Shown here in pieces: positions 1 to 13,985 of a stretch of DNA of 64,000 bases; the first letter of the stretch is position 1, and every line of letters begins with the position of its first letter. The DNA is from Laetmonice hystrix (Eukaryota). The stretch covers positions 25,546,001-25,610,000 of the forward strand of contig OZ249436.1 of NCBI GenBank assembly GCA_965235115.1, in the 5' to 3' direction. Position numbers and translations under genes: made by a program. The notes beneath the pieces were generated by a model. It made no database searches and was not told the origin of the DNA. It saw only the letters and a list, made by a program, of their open reading frames with translations.

Positions 1-3000
1 TAACAGCTTAACGCACCTTGTAAAATTTGTTCAAGTGCGTAAAAATGCGTGTCCACCTCCACATACTTTAAAAATCACTATACCCACCCAGCGACATCCA
101 CTCTAATACACGCCTAAAAGGAACTTCACTGTCCCATTTGATTCTCCAGCACGTATAGGATGTTTCAAGTAACATTCATCCACGGTCTGGCCCAATAACG
201 TGCAACAAGGCATAGTAAGTCAATGCGAGCTCGCATGTCAAACCTAACCCGCCCCCCAGCACATGAGCTGAAAATATTCAAATAGCTTGAAAACTAGAAT
301 ATAGCTTTGCTTAATACCATTATACCATCAACTCGCATTACAGGCCTAATGCGAAGCTCCCAGCCTAAAACGAGTTTCCAATTAATTTAAAGTTAACAAG
401 ATGCACTAATAATCGATTCCAAGCCTAATTAGGCCATTGCTAGTTGGATAACCAAATCTCATACAAAATACACCCTCCCGGCAGATGACCTGAGAATATT
501 CAACTCTTATGTCCGATATATCCCTGTCCGCTTAGTAGCACCCAGCCGGGCCCCCATTTTGACATTGCAACACCAATACAGCAAGTGCCCAGCTAACAGC
601 ACAAATAACAGGATTCAGGGCTTCCTACCACGTTACAAGTCACAATAGATTGCTGCCTGTCGTAAAAATATACCAGACCATTTTAAAAAGTCACAGAACC
701 CCAATCCGGCCCTAATATGTCACTCCCAGTACCAATAGACGCTGGAAGCACCATCAACTGAAATTCAGGCCTAGAACCCACCTCTCTCTACCAATATCAT
801 GCACCTAGTCCGTATACGAGGTTGTAATTTACTTTAATCAACGGGCTGCGCCGCAGCAACCCACTCTGGTCTTTGCAATCTTTTTCAATATGCGTTAACA
901 TTTGTGACCAGCTCAACGCGCCTTGTAAAATTTTTCAAAGTGCGTAAAAGTGTGTGTCCACCCCGACACGCTTTCCAAACCACTATACCCACCGAGCGAC
1001 ATCCACTCAAATACAGGCTTCGACCGATCCTCACTGTGCCAATAATCCGCCACAAGGCAAATTCAGTCAATGCAAGCTGGAAAATCGAATGTCAAACCTA
1101 ATGCTCCCCCCCCCCAGCACGTTAACTGAAAATAATCAACTAGCTTGAAAACTAGAATATAGCTTTGTTTAGCTAACAATCTACTCTCCCAGCGCCATCA
1201 ACTCGCATACAGGCGTAAAAGCAAACGCACTGCCCCATATAATGCTCCCAGCCTAAAGCGATGTTGCAATTAATTTACAATTAACAAGATGCACTAGTAA
1301 TCCGATCCAAGCCTAATTACGTCATTGCTAGTTTCATAACCAAATCTCACAGAAAATACCCCACCCGGGCACATAACCTGAAAATATTCAACTTTTATCT
1401 CCAATGTATCCCTGTGCACCTAGTAGCACCCAAGCGGGCCCAATTTTGACATTCCAACACAAATACCGCAAATAGCCGCCTAATGGCACAAAAAACTTTC
1501 TACCCCGTTGCAAGTCACATTAGCTTGCTGCTTGTCGTAAAAAATGGTGCAGACCATTTCTAAAGTCACAGTACCCCACTCCCGGCCTAATATTACGTTT
1601 CAGTATCCATATACGCTGCAAGCGGCAGGAACTCGAATACAGGCCTAAAAGTAACCCCAGTCTAGCAATATCATACTCCCATGCCATATACGAGCTTGTA
1701 ATTATCTTTAATTAATGGGCTCCGCAGCACCAACCCACTGCATTAACATTTGTTTAACAGCTTAACGCACCTTGTAAAATTTGTTCAAGTGCGTAAAAAT
1801 GCGTGTCCACCTCCACATACTTTAAAAATCACTATACCCACCCAGCGACATCAACTCTAATACACGCCTAAAAGGAACTTCACTGTCCCATTTGATTCTC
1901 CAGCACGTATAGGATGTTTCAAGTAACATTCATCCACGGTCTGGCCCAATAACGTGCAACAAGGCATAGTAAGTCAATGCGAGCTCGCATGTCAAACCTA
2001 ACCCGCCCCCCAGCACATGAGCTGAAAATATTCAAATAGCTTGAAAACTAGAATATAGCTTTGCTTAATACCATTATACCATCAACTCGCATTACAGGCC
2101 TAATACGAAGATCCCAGCCTAAAACGAGTTTCCAATTAATTTAAAGTTAACAAGATGCACTAATAATCGATTCCAAGCCTAATTAGGCCATTGCTAGTTG
2201 GATAACAAAATCTCATACAAAATACACCCTCCCGGCAGATGACCTGAGAATATTCAACTCTTATGTCCGATATATCCCTGTCCGCTTAGTAGCACCCAGC
2301 CGGGCCCCCATTTTGACATTGCAACACCAATACAGCAAGTGCCCAGCTAACAGCACAAATAACAGGATTCAGGGCTTCCTACCACGTTACAAGTCACAAT
2401 AGATTGCTGCCTGTCGTAAAAATATACCAGACCATTTTAAAAAGTCACAGAACCCCAATCCGGCCCTAATATGTCACTCCCAGTACCAATAGACGCTGGA
2501 AGCACCATCAACTGAAATTCAGGCCTAGAACCCACCTCTCTCTACCAATATCATGCACCTAGTCCGTATACGAGGTTGTAATTTACTTTAATCAACGGGC
2601 TGCGCCGCAGCAACCCACTCTGGTCTTTGCAATCTTTTTCAATATGCGTTAACATTTGTGACCAGCTCAACGCGCCTTGTAAAATTTTTCTAAGTGCGTA
2701 AAAGTGTGTGTCCACCCCGACACGCTTTCCAAACCACTATACCCACCGAGCGACATCCACTCAAATACAGGCTTCGACCGATCCTCACTGTGCCAATAAT
2801 CCGCCACAAGGCAAATTCAGTCAATGCAAGCTGGAAAATCGAATGTCAAACCTAATGCTCCCCCCCCCCAGCACGTTAACTGAAAATAATCAACTAGCTT
2901 GAAAACTAGAATATAGCTTTGTTTAGCTAACAATCTACTCTCCCAGCGCCATCAACTCGCATACAGGCGTAAAAGCAAACGCACTGCCCCATATAATGCT

Positions 3001-6000
3001 CCCAGCCTAAAGCGATGTTGCAATTAATTTACAATTAACAAGATGCACTAGTAATCCGATCCAAGCCTAATTACGTCATTGCTAGTTTCATAACCAAATC
3101 TCACAGAAAATACCCCACCCGGGCACATAACCTGAAAATATTCAACTTTTATCTCCAATGTATCCCTGTGCACCTAGTAGCACCCAAGCGGGCCCAATTT
3201 TGACATTCCAACACAAATACCGCAAATAGCCGCCTAATGGCACAAAAAACTTTCTACCCCGTTGCAAGTCACATTAGCTTGCTGCTTGTCGTAAAAAATG
3301 GTGCAGACCATTTCTAAAGTCACAGTACCCCACTCCCGGCCTAATATTACGTTTCAGTATCCATATACGCTGCAAGCGGCAGGAACTCGAATACAGGCCT
3401 AAAAGTAACCCCAGTCTAGCAATATCATACTCCCATGCCATATACGAGCTTGTAATTATCTTTAATTAATGGGCTCCGCAGCACCAACCCACTGCATTAA
3501 CATTTGTTTAACAGCTTAACGCACCTTGTAAAATTTGTTCAAGTGCGTAAAAATGCGTGTCCACCTCCACATACTTTAAAAATCACTATACCCACCCAGC
3601 GACATCAACTCTAATACACGCCTAAAAGGAACTTCACTGTCCCATTTGATTCTCCAGCACGTATAGGATGTTTCAAGTAACATTCATCCACGGTCTGGCC
3701 CAATAACGTGCAACAAGGCATAGTAAGTCAATGCGAGCTCGCATGTCAAACCTAACCCGCCCCCCAGCACATGAGCTGAAAATATTCAAATAGCTTGAAA
3801 ACTAGAATATAGCTTTGCTTAATACCATTATACCATCAACTCGCATTACAGGCCTAATACGAAGATCCCAGCCTAAAACGAGTTTCCAATTAATTTAAAG
3901 TTAACAAGATGCACTAATAATCGATTCCAAGCCTAATTAGGCCATTGCTAGTTGGATAACAAAATCTCATACAAAATACACCCTCCCGGCAGATGACCTG
4001 AGAATATTCAACTCTTATGTCCGATATATCCCTGTCCGCTTAGTAGCACCCAGCCGGGCCCCCATTTTGACATTGCAACACCAATACAGCAAGTGCCCAG
4101 CTAACAGCACAAATAACAGGATTCAGGGCTTCCTACCACGTTACAAGTCACAATAGATTGCTGCCTGTCGTAAAAATATACCAGACCATTTTAAAAAGTC
4201 ACAGAACCCCAATCCGGCCCTAATATGTCACTCCCAGTACCAATAGACGCTGGAAGCACCATCAACTGAAATTCAGGCCTAGAACCCACCTCTCTCTACT
4301 AATATCATGCACCTAGTCCGTATACGAGGTTGTAATTTACTTTAATCAACGGGCTGCGCCGCAGCAACCCACTCTGGTCTTTGCAATCTTTTTCAATATG
4401 CGTTAACATTTGTGACCAGCTCAACGCGCCTTGTAAAATTTTTCAAAGTGCGTAAAAGTGTGTGTCCACCCTGACACGCTTTCCAAACCACTATACCCAC
4501 CGAGCGACATCCACTCAAATACAGGCTTCGACCGATCCTCACTGTGCCAATAATCCGCCACAAGGCAAATTCAGTCAATGCAAGATGGAAAATCGAATGT
4601 CACACCTAATGCTTCCCCCCCCCCAGCACGTTAACTGAAAATAATCAACTAGCTTGAAAACTAGAATATAGCTTTGTTTAGCTAACAATCTACTCTCCCA
4701 GCGCCATCAACTCGCATACAGGCGTAAAAGCAAACGCACTGCCCCATATAATGCTCCCAGCCTAAAACGATGTTGCAATTAATTTAAAATTAACAAGATG
4801 CACTAGTCATCCGATCCAAGCCTAATTACGTCATTGCTAGTTTCATAACCAAATCTCACAGAAAATACCCCACCCGGGCACATAACCTGAAAATATTCAA
4901 CTTTTATCTCCAATGTATCCCTGTGCACCTAGTAGCACCCAAGCGAGCCCAATTTTGACATTCCAACACAAATGCCGCAAATACCCGCCTAATGGCACAA
5001 AAAACTTTCTACCCCGTTGCAAGTCACATTAGCTTGCTGCTTGTCGTAAAAAATGGTGCAGACCATTTCTAAAGTCACAGTACCCCACTCCCGGCCTAAT
5101 ATTACGTTTGAGTATCCATATACGCTGCAAGCGGCAGGAACTCGAATACAGGCCTAAAAGTAACCCCAGTCTAGCAATATCATACTCCCATGCCATATAC
5201 GAGCTTGTAATTATCTTTAATTAATGGGCTCCGCAGCACCAACCCACTGCATTAACATTTGTTTACCAGCTTAACGCACCTTGTAAAATTTTTTCAAGTG
5301 CGTAAAAATGCGTGTCCACCTCCACATACTTTAAAAATCACTATACCCACCCAGCGACATCCACTCTAATACACGCCTAAAAGGAACTTCACTGTCCCAT
5401 TTGATTCTCCAGCCCGTATAGGATGTTTCAAGTAACATTCATCCACGGTCTGGCCCAATAACGTGCAACAAGGCATAGTAAGTCAATGCGAGCTCGCATG
5501 TCAAACCTAACCCGCCCCCCAGCACATGAGCTGAAAATATTCAAATAGCTTGAAAACTAGAATATAGCTTTGCTTAATACCATTATACCATCAACTCGCA
5601 TTACAGGCCTAATGCGAAGCTCCCAGCCTAAAACGAGTTTCCAATTAATTTAAAGTTAACAAGATGCACTAATAATCGATTCCAAGCCTAATTAGGCCAT
5701 TGCTAGTTGGATAACCAAATCTCATACAAAATACACCCTCCCGGCAGATGACCTGAGAATATTCAACTCTTATGTCCGATATATCCCTGTCCACTTAGTA
5801 GCACCCAGCCGGGCCCCCATTTTGACATTGCAACACCAATACAGCAAGTGCCCAGCTAACAGCACAAATAACAGGATTCAGGGCTTCCTACCACGTTACA
5901 AGTCACAATAGATTGCTGCCTGTCGTAAAAATATACCAGACCATTTTAAAAAGTCACAGAACCCCAATCCGGCCCTAATATGTCACTCCCAGTACCAATA

Positions 6001-8509
6001 GACGCTGGAAGCACCATCAACTGAAATTCAGGCCTAGAACCCACCTCTCTCTACCAATATCATGCACCTAGTCCGTATACGAGGTTGTAATTTACTTTAA
6101 TCAACGGGCTGCGCCGCAGCAACCCACTCTGGTCTTTGCAATCTTTTTCAATATGCGTTAACATTTGTGACCAGCTCAACGCGCCTTGTAAAATTTTTCA
6201 AAGTGCGTAAAAGTGTGTGTCCACCCCGACACGCTTTCCAAACCACTATACCCACCGAGCGACATCCACTCAAATACAGGCTTCGACCGATCCTCACTGT
6301 GCCAATAATCCGCCACAAGGCAAATTCAGTCAATGCAAGCTGGAAAATCGAATGTCACACCTAATGCTTCCCCCCCCAGCACGTTAACTGAAAATAATCA
6401 ACTAGCTTGAAAACTAGAATATAGCTTTGTTTAGCTAACAATCTACTCTCCCAGCGCCATCAACTCGCATACAGGCGTAAAAGCAAACGCACTGCCCCAT
6501 ATAATGCTCCCAGCCTAAAACGATGTTGCAATTAATTTAAAATTAACAAGATGCACTAGTAATCCGATCCAAGCTTAATTACGTCATTGCTAGTTTCATA
6601 ATCAAATCTCACAGAAAATACCCCACCCGGGCAGATAACCTGAAAATATTCAACTTTTATCTCCAATGTATCCCTGTGCACCTAGTAGCACACAAGCGGG
6701 CCCAATTTGACATTCCAACACAAATACCGCAAATACCCGCCTAATGGCACAAAAAACTTTCTACCCCGTTGCAAGTCACATTAGCTTGCTGCTTGTCGTA
6801 AAAAATGGTGCAGACCATTTCTAAAGTCACAGTATCCCACTCGCGGCCTAATATTACGTTTGAGTATCCATATACGCTGCAAGCGGCAGGAACTCGAATA
6901 CAGGCCTAAAAGTAACCCCAGTCTAGCAATATCATACTCCCATGCCATATACGAGCTTGTAATTATCTTTAATTAATGGGCTCCGCAGCACCAACCCACT
7001 CCATTAACATTTGTTTACCAGCTTAGCGCACCTTGTAAAATTTGTTCAAGTGCGTAAAAATGCGTGTCCACCTCCACATACTTTAAAAATCACTATACCC
7101 ACCCAGCGACATCCACTCTAATACACGCCTAAAAGGAACTTCACTGTCCCATTTGATTCTCCAGCACGTATAGGATGTTTCAAGTAACATTCATCCACGG
7201 TCTGGCCCAATAACGTGCAACAAGGCATAGTAAGTCAATGCGAGCTCGCATGTCAAACCTAACCCGCCCCCCCACCACATGAGCTGAAAATATTCAAATA
7301 GCTTGAAAACTAGAATATAGCTTTGCTTAATACCATTATACCATCAACTCGCATTACAGGCCTAATGCGAAGCTCCCAGCCTAAAACGAGTTTCCAATTA
7401 ATTTAAAGTTAACAAGATGCACTAATAATCGATTCCAAGCCTAATTAGGTAATTGCTAGTTGGATAACCAAATCTCATACAAAATACACCCTCCCGGCAG
7501 ATGACCTGAGAATATTCAACTCTTATGTCCGATATATCCCTGTCCGCTTAGTAGCACCCAGCCGGGCCCCCATTTTGACATTGCAACACCAATACAGCAA
7601 GTGCCCAGCTAACAGCACAAATAACAGGATTCAGGGCTTCCTACCACGTTACAAGTCACAATAGATTGCTGCCTGTCGTAAAAATATACCAGACCATTTT
7701 AAAAAGTCACAGAACCCCAATCCGGCCCTAATATGGCACTCCCAGTACCAATAGACGCTGGAAGCACCATCAACTGAAATTCAGGCCTAGAACCCACCTC
7801 TCTCTACCAATATCATGCACCTAGTCCGTATACGAGGTTGTAATTTACTTTAATCAACGGGCTGCGCCGCAGCAACCCACTCTGGTCTTTGCAATCTTTT
7901 TCAATATGCGTTAACATTTGTGACCAGCTCAACGCGCCTTGTAAAATTTTTCAAAGTGCGTAAAAGTGTGTGTCCACCCCGACACGCTTTCCAAACCACT
8001 ATACCCACCGAGCGACATCCACTCAAATACAGGCTTCGACCGATCCTCACTGTGCCAATAATCCGCCACAAGGCAAATTCAGTCAATGCAAGCTGGAAAA
8101 TCGAATGTCAAACCTAATGCTCCCCCCCCCCCAGCACGTTAACTGAAAATAATCAACTAGCTTGAAAACTAGAATATAGCTTTGTTTAGCTAACAATCTA
8201 CTCTCCCAGCGCCATCAACTCGCATACAGGCGTAAAAGCAAACGCACTGCCCCATATAATGCTCCCAGCCTAAAGCGATGTTGCAATTAATTTAAAATTA
8301 ACAAGATGCACTAGTAATCCGATCCAAGCCTAATTACGTCATTGCTAGTTTCATAACCAAATCTCACAGAAAATACCCCACCCGGGCACATAACCTGAAA
8401 ATATTCAACTTTTATCTCCAATGTATCCCTGTGCACCTAGTAGCACCCAAGCGGGCCCAATTTTGACATTCCAACACAAATACCGCAAATAGCCGCCTAA
8501 TGGCACAAA
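1..8509. repeat. Satellite array, ~1754-bp dimeric unit (monomer A ~906 bp + monomer B ~848 bp), segment 1
   Basis: TTAACATTTG monomer starts at 1743 (A), 2649 (B) and 3497 (A) give the 1754-bp period. A and B are colinear but clearly diverged, while equivalent monomers in different units differ by only a few SNPs. Confidence 0.98.
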
Positions 8510-8810
8510 TCCGAGCTCGGCGCCAAAGAGCCGGGATCATTTATGGAGGAGAAACGAGGGGTTTGCGTAGGTATATTAGTATAGGTACTCGCACATATGT
8601 ATCTAGGACCCATGTCGTGTGCTCAGTATGTATTGTCGAGGTAATGTAAACAATAGCTGTACTCCCGTTAACCACCATCTTGGTTCTCGCCTCTCGCGCG
8701 GTCTGGGTCGGAAATGACGAAGGCGACTTGGGAGACGATCCGGAGGGTATAAATACAACCGAGCAGAAGAGTCGAGTTCTCTACCTTTGGAAGCTTCGTG
8801 GAAATCAGAC
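8510..8810 (+). repeat. Element 1 repeat A1 (copy A2 at 13989-14289)
   Basis: 301-bp direct repeat TCCGAGCTCGG...GAAATCAGAC; the two copies look identical by eye. Confidence 0.97.
8748..8755 (+). promoter_or_regulatory. Candidate TATA box (TATAAATA) in repeat A of element 1
   Basis: GGGTATAAATAC lies near the 3' end of A1, where a + strand transcript of such an element would be expected to start. Motif match only. Confidence 0.4.
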
Positions 8811-10370
8811 TGATTCGTTCCCCACACATCGGGTGAGTTCGTTCTATGGTTGGGACTTCGTTTCAAGTATACGGTGGAACGTGGTTTGTCGACTGTTTCT
8901 TATATTTGCCTTGTGTTTGACACCTATATGCAGGTGTTATGTCTAAAACAGTTCCAGTTATTCGTCTTTCGAGGCTGTATTATAGACCGGTACCCAGTAT
9001 TTATGTGTGTCTGAAATAGTCACATGCAGTGTTGCAGCACGCACAGTCGCTTCCACGTGGTCGACCTGACCTTTGTGGTTCGGGCTCGGCTAGCCTACTT
9101 GAAGCTCCTGGTAGACAATTTGTGTTACGAGTTTGTAGTTATTTTAGTTCACCACACATTGAGGGCGACTGACGACGTCGGCGGTGCTATGTTGTGTAAT
9201 TTTGTGTACGTATTTGTCCCAGAATGGTAGTGGGGGTACGATAATTTCAGTTTTGTTTTACCGTGGTTTACTCCGTGTTGAGTAGGGTAATAGCGTTCGG
9301 TACCAAGGTTGAGCTTATAGGCCTACAACGGTTTGTCCTGCCACGTGGTGTATCATGGTGGGGGTAGGCTCGTAAAAGTGTGAGGTAGGCCTACATTGTC
9401 GTGGAGTTGGTGTTTTTCGCTAGTCCTCACTATGTGGGGTTGAAGGTTGGTAGAAGTTATGTTGTGTCCTTCGGTGGTTTGGGACTTGACCAGTGAACTG
9501 CTGTAACTTGACACGCCGGGTGTTCTTTAATTTATCTAGTCCCGTCTTATATAGGCGTTTACTGCTGCTCCTAATTGCAACAGTTGGTATGGTTTTCGAA
9601 GTGCCCTCCCTAGATTATGTTAAATACAGTGTTTATCGCTTGGCGGCAATGCTTCTTGCCGTTTGCTTGGGGTGCTTTTTGGATGTGGGTATGCTGCGCT
9701 GGTATTCGAGCGGTATGTGGTGCTGTTATTCGGGTAGAAGTATTTATTTACGGTGGACAGATTAATCTGGATGTATTGGCACCAGCTTTAACCTGATAAG
9801 CTTTGGAGATGGTTTGATGAATGTAATTTTACCTGACTTGTTGGACTCTAATTTAGTGTCGCTGATAATTTTCTTTCTCTTGTAGCCAACGAGTGGCTTA
9901 TCCCTGATATTATATCTGGATCTGGACAGGTGCCCCTCACTGTTCAGTGTGGTTCATTGATGCAGTCGCATGGTAGGGGGATTTCGTCAATGTTATTTTC
10001 TATGTAGTAGTTTGGTATTCACTCCTTGTGGTTGCTTTGTTTTGAGTCTATCCATTTGTAAGTATTTGATTTTGTATTTTTGAGTTTAGTTGTCCCCTGA
10101 ACCTTACTAGGCAGACTACCTGTCCCTCTGTTTCAGGATTTACATCATTTAATCTAATTGCCCCTGATTAATAGGCGTGTAGATTTAGCTACCACCTCAT
10201 CTGAAAGTTTTTGTCGTTTAAGTATTTTGCCAATAGTTTGTAGACCCACCCCACCCCACCCTTCCTCGTGTTAGTGAGGTGTGTGTGTGTGTTGGAGGAG
10301 GGGTGTGGGGGGGGTGTTGTGTTTACGAATAACGGGGCTCTGCTGATGTGGGCTTAATGTGGTGTAACAT

Positions 10371-11090
10371 ACGGTGTGTGGTCCCTTCGGTTCCGCTTTC
10401 CCTTGTGGTTGTGTTAACTTGGTTGGGGGATGGGGCCGTGTTCCGTGGGGTTGACGGTGTGTGGTCCCTTCGGTTCCGCTTTCCCTTGTGGTTGTGTTAA
10501 CTTGGTTGGGGGATGGGGCCGTGTTCCGTGGGGTTGACGGTGTGTGGTCCCTTCGGTTCCGCCTTCCCTTGTGGTTGTGTTAACTTGGTTGGGGGATGGG
10601 GCCGTGTTCCGTGGGGTTGACGGTGTGTGGTCCCTTCGGTTCCGCTTTCCCTTGTGGTTGTGTTAACTTGGTTGGGGGATGGGGCCGTGTTCCGTGGGGT
10701 TGACGGTGTGTGGTCCCTTCGGTTCCGCTTTCCCTTGTGGTTGTGTTAACTTGGTTGGGGGATGGGGCCGTGTTCCGTGGGGTTGACGGTGTGTGGTCCC
10801 TTCGGTTCCGCCTTCCCTTGTGGTTGTGTTAACTTGGTTGGGGGATGGGGCCGTGTTCCGTGGGGTTGACGGTGTGTGGTCCCTTCGGTTCCGCCTTCCC
10901 TTGTGGTTGTGTTAACTTGGTTAGGGGATGGGGCCGTGTTCCGTGGGGTTGACGGTGTGTGGTCCCTTCGGTTCCGCCTTCCCTTGTGGTTGTGTTAACT
11001 TGGTTGGGGGGTGGTGTCGTGTTCCGTGGGGTTCTGTCCTCCCTTGATAGGATTACCTTGGGGTCGACGGTGTGGTCCCTTCGGTTCCGT
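10371..11090. repeat. 83-bp G/T-rich minisatellite inside element 1 (7 full copies plus a degenerate tail)
   Basis: ACGGTGTGTGGTCCC starts at 10371, 10454, 10537, 10620, 10703, 10786, 10869 and 10952. Confidence 0.96.
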
Positions 11091-11948
11091 CATCCCCGTT
11101 ATATTACAAGTTGTTTTACGGCAGATGTGCCTGGTTTCCGCAGGCTGCCACATCCTTTGGTGCATTGTACTTCTAGTCCCCATGATGGGTGATCGATGGG
11201 TACCTATGTATATGGATGCGAGGGGATGTCCCCTCCGCTCTGCCTTTTTCGAGGATTAGAGCTGAATCTTTATTTTCTTGTTTTAAAGTTGTTTAAGAAG
11301 TCATTTTAGGTCGGTAGGTTGTTAGTAAGTCAGGTCACTTCTACTGTATTTTATTGTGTACTATGTGTTTACGCTTTTTGGATCTGCCTCGCCTTCGGGC
11401 TATGGTGGGACCGTCTGCACTTAAATATCTTGTTCATTAACTTTGTAAATTATCTTGTCAAATTTTCAATGTACTATTTTGTTAATTTGGTAATATTAGG
11501 TATCTTCGATAAAATTATTAACAATGTTAGTCAGGGTTGTCACCTTAGTTAAATGTTGCCTATTTAGTTTTTACTCTGTGTTGAGGGCTATAATTATATT
11601 ATATATTTATCGTCATTTCGTCTTATAATTATATTATATATTTATCGTCATTTCGTCTAACTATATAATTTCAATGTTAACTATAAAGGTAATAAGTATT
11701 ATCGTATTTTTGGATGATTAATTTGATTTGTCATAATGTATAAGGGGAATTTATGCAATTTTTTGATATTGAGTTGATTGTATTTGTCATAGGGCAGTAA
11801 CTATTATTCCTCTGCCAGATGTTTCTTCGGTCTTTTGTTATTTTCCATTTTAGGTGGACGACAGGCTGAGCATATGGCTTTGGTGCATGGGTCGTGGGAC
11901 GTATTCTATATTTACACATTCATTTGTACTGATAATGAGCTGATGGAA

Positions 11949-12952
11949 GGCTGAGTATGTGTCTTTGGTAGACTTTGGAGGTTTACTGATGTGGGTAAGG
12001 TCAATTCCCCGTGTTTTGAACCTGTGATGTTGTTCGAAGGCTGAGTGTTGATTTATATTATTCAAGGTTCGGTATGGTTCAGAGGTTGTTTGGTTTAGAG
12101 GTTCCTTTAGCTACCATCTCTATGGAATGTGTTTCTTGTAGGTATGTGGAATACTTGCCGCGTAGAGGCTTAACCCATGTTTGTGGTTGGTCTCGGATAT
12201 CAAGGCCTTTAACTTGTTCATGTGGTTATTATGTGTATAGGCTTAACCCATGTTTGTGGTTGGTCTCGGATATCAAGGCCTTTAACTTGTTCATATGATT
12301 CTGTGGTTATTATGTGTATGTGATGTGGTTATGTGGTTATTATGTGTGTGTATATACGGAGATCAGTTATCTTTTTAAGTTTTGGGAAACCTCCCGGGCC
12401 CAAGAGGTCCGTTGTGGATGTACTCCCAAGCGTGAAGCGTTTCCACGGTTTTTGACTACGACTTTCATGGTTCCTGATACGTTTGGCTGAGTATGTGTCT
12501 TCGGTTGACTTTGGAGGTTTACTGATGTGGGTAAGTCAATTCCCCGTGTTTTGAACCTGTGATGTTGTTCGAAGGGCTGAGTGTCGAATTATATTATTCA
12601 AGGTTCGGTATGGTTCAGAGGTTGTTTTGGTTTAGATGTTCCTTTAGCTACCATCTCTATGGAATGTATTTCTTGTAGGTATGTGGAATACTTGCCGCGT
12701 ATAGGCTTAACCCATGTTTGTGGTTGGTCTCGGATATCAAGGCATTTAACTTGTTCATGTGATCCTGTGGTTATTATGTGTATGTGATGTGGTTATTATG
12801 TGTATGTGTATATACGGAGATCAGTTATCTTTTTTAAGTTTTGGGAAACCTCCCGGGCCCAAGAGATCCGATGTTGGATGTATGTTGGACTCCCAAGCGT
12901 GAACCGATTCCACGGTTCTTGACTACGACTTTCATGGTTCCTGCTACGTTTG
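11949..12952. repeat. ~0.5-kb imperfect tandem duplication inside element 1
   Basis: GGCTGAGTATGTGTCTT... starts at ~11949 and ~12486, and both copies end ...GACTACGACTTTCATGGTTCCTG.TACGTTTG. The first copy has an extra ~70-bp internal duplication. Confidence 0.9.
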
Positions 12953-13712
12953 CGCGTCCTTCACCTCCAGTATTTGTTATTCCAGTAGTCTTCCCTTTTT
13001 ACGTTACCTTATGCTTACGTTACGATCCGTGTATCATTAAGTGTTGGGCTCTGTAGCTGTCTGGTGGGTACTAGTTTGGTACCGTACAAAGTGGTAGGTA
13101 AGTGCTCGGGGGCGGCTAGATAGACGACGCGTTGAAGGAGGTGGATGAAGTAAGCTTTAATTGGAATGTTGTCCGGTGCAGTGACGAGGCAGCTTTGTCG
13201 CCCGGTTCAGTGACGAGGAAGTTTGGATTGTTGCCCGGTTCGGTTATTTATTATTAAATATTTATAGTATGGTCCCAGGTGGTAGAATGGGATACCGTCA
13301 CGTTTTCCCACCAGTTTCTCAGTCTATCACAATTTCCCAGGATAAGTAAGTATGGTGTAATGGAGTTTAATGGTGGGTGCTTCCTGTTTGGTCAAGCAGC
13401 TGGGTGTTATAACTTGTTAACCTGACGTTATGATGTTGACTCCAAGGATCTAAGGTCTTCTTCCGTATGTCTTATGATTCAAAGCCTTGATATGCTTGTT
13501 GCAGGTACACCAGATGCCCCTAATCGGACTGGATGATGATGGGTTCCGCTATCCGTTCGTTCAGGCCAGGAGATGATCTGTGCCTAATTTCCAAGTTGTG
13601 TCTGACGGTGATGCGTAGATTTGGCTCCTGGGGCGGTGTCAGCGGGTCGCGTTGGGAGTCTTTTCCCCTGCCTTCTTTGGTGGCTCCAGCTTCATCTTCG
13701 ATTCCGCTTAGT

Positions 13713-13985
13713 GGCATTGTCTCCACCTAATAAGGCATTACTATACCTATATCTATGTATTTTGGACTATGTATTTCCATATAATGTATTATCGGTTATG
13801 TATTATATTACTATAGTATTGTTATGTTGTTACATATATCAGTTACACCTTATATAGATTTATCATTTACCATATTATAATGTTTGTAGAGTCCCCCATT
13901 GCATGGGGTGATCAACGGGTTACTATGTATGTGAATAAAATGTAACCTACAGCAAAGCATTCCCGTTCTCCGAGTTTGACTGCAT
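13713..13985 (+). repeat. Element 1 repeat B1 (copy B2 at 14452-14724)
   Basis: 273-bp direct repeat GGCATTGTCTCC...GAGTTTGACTGCAT, with AATAAA about 50 bp before its end (13934; 14673 in B2). Confidence 0.97.

Noticed and set aside
885..1148. Recurrent 61-65-aa ORFs in every satellite unit
   Set aside because: Short, overlapping in three frames, mostly non-ATG starts, broken by SNPs or poly-C length changes in some units, and no recognisable domain. They recur only because the DNA repeats.
9169..9230. Hammerhead ribozyme core (CTGACGA)
   Set aside because: No stem II or GAAA follows. I also noticed no hammerhead core in the satellite unit, although only a covariance-model search would exclude one.
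10371..11090. 83-bp array as a CRISPR array
   Set aside because: No unique spacers, the units are wholly repeated, there are no cas genes, and the context is eukaryotic.
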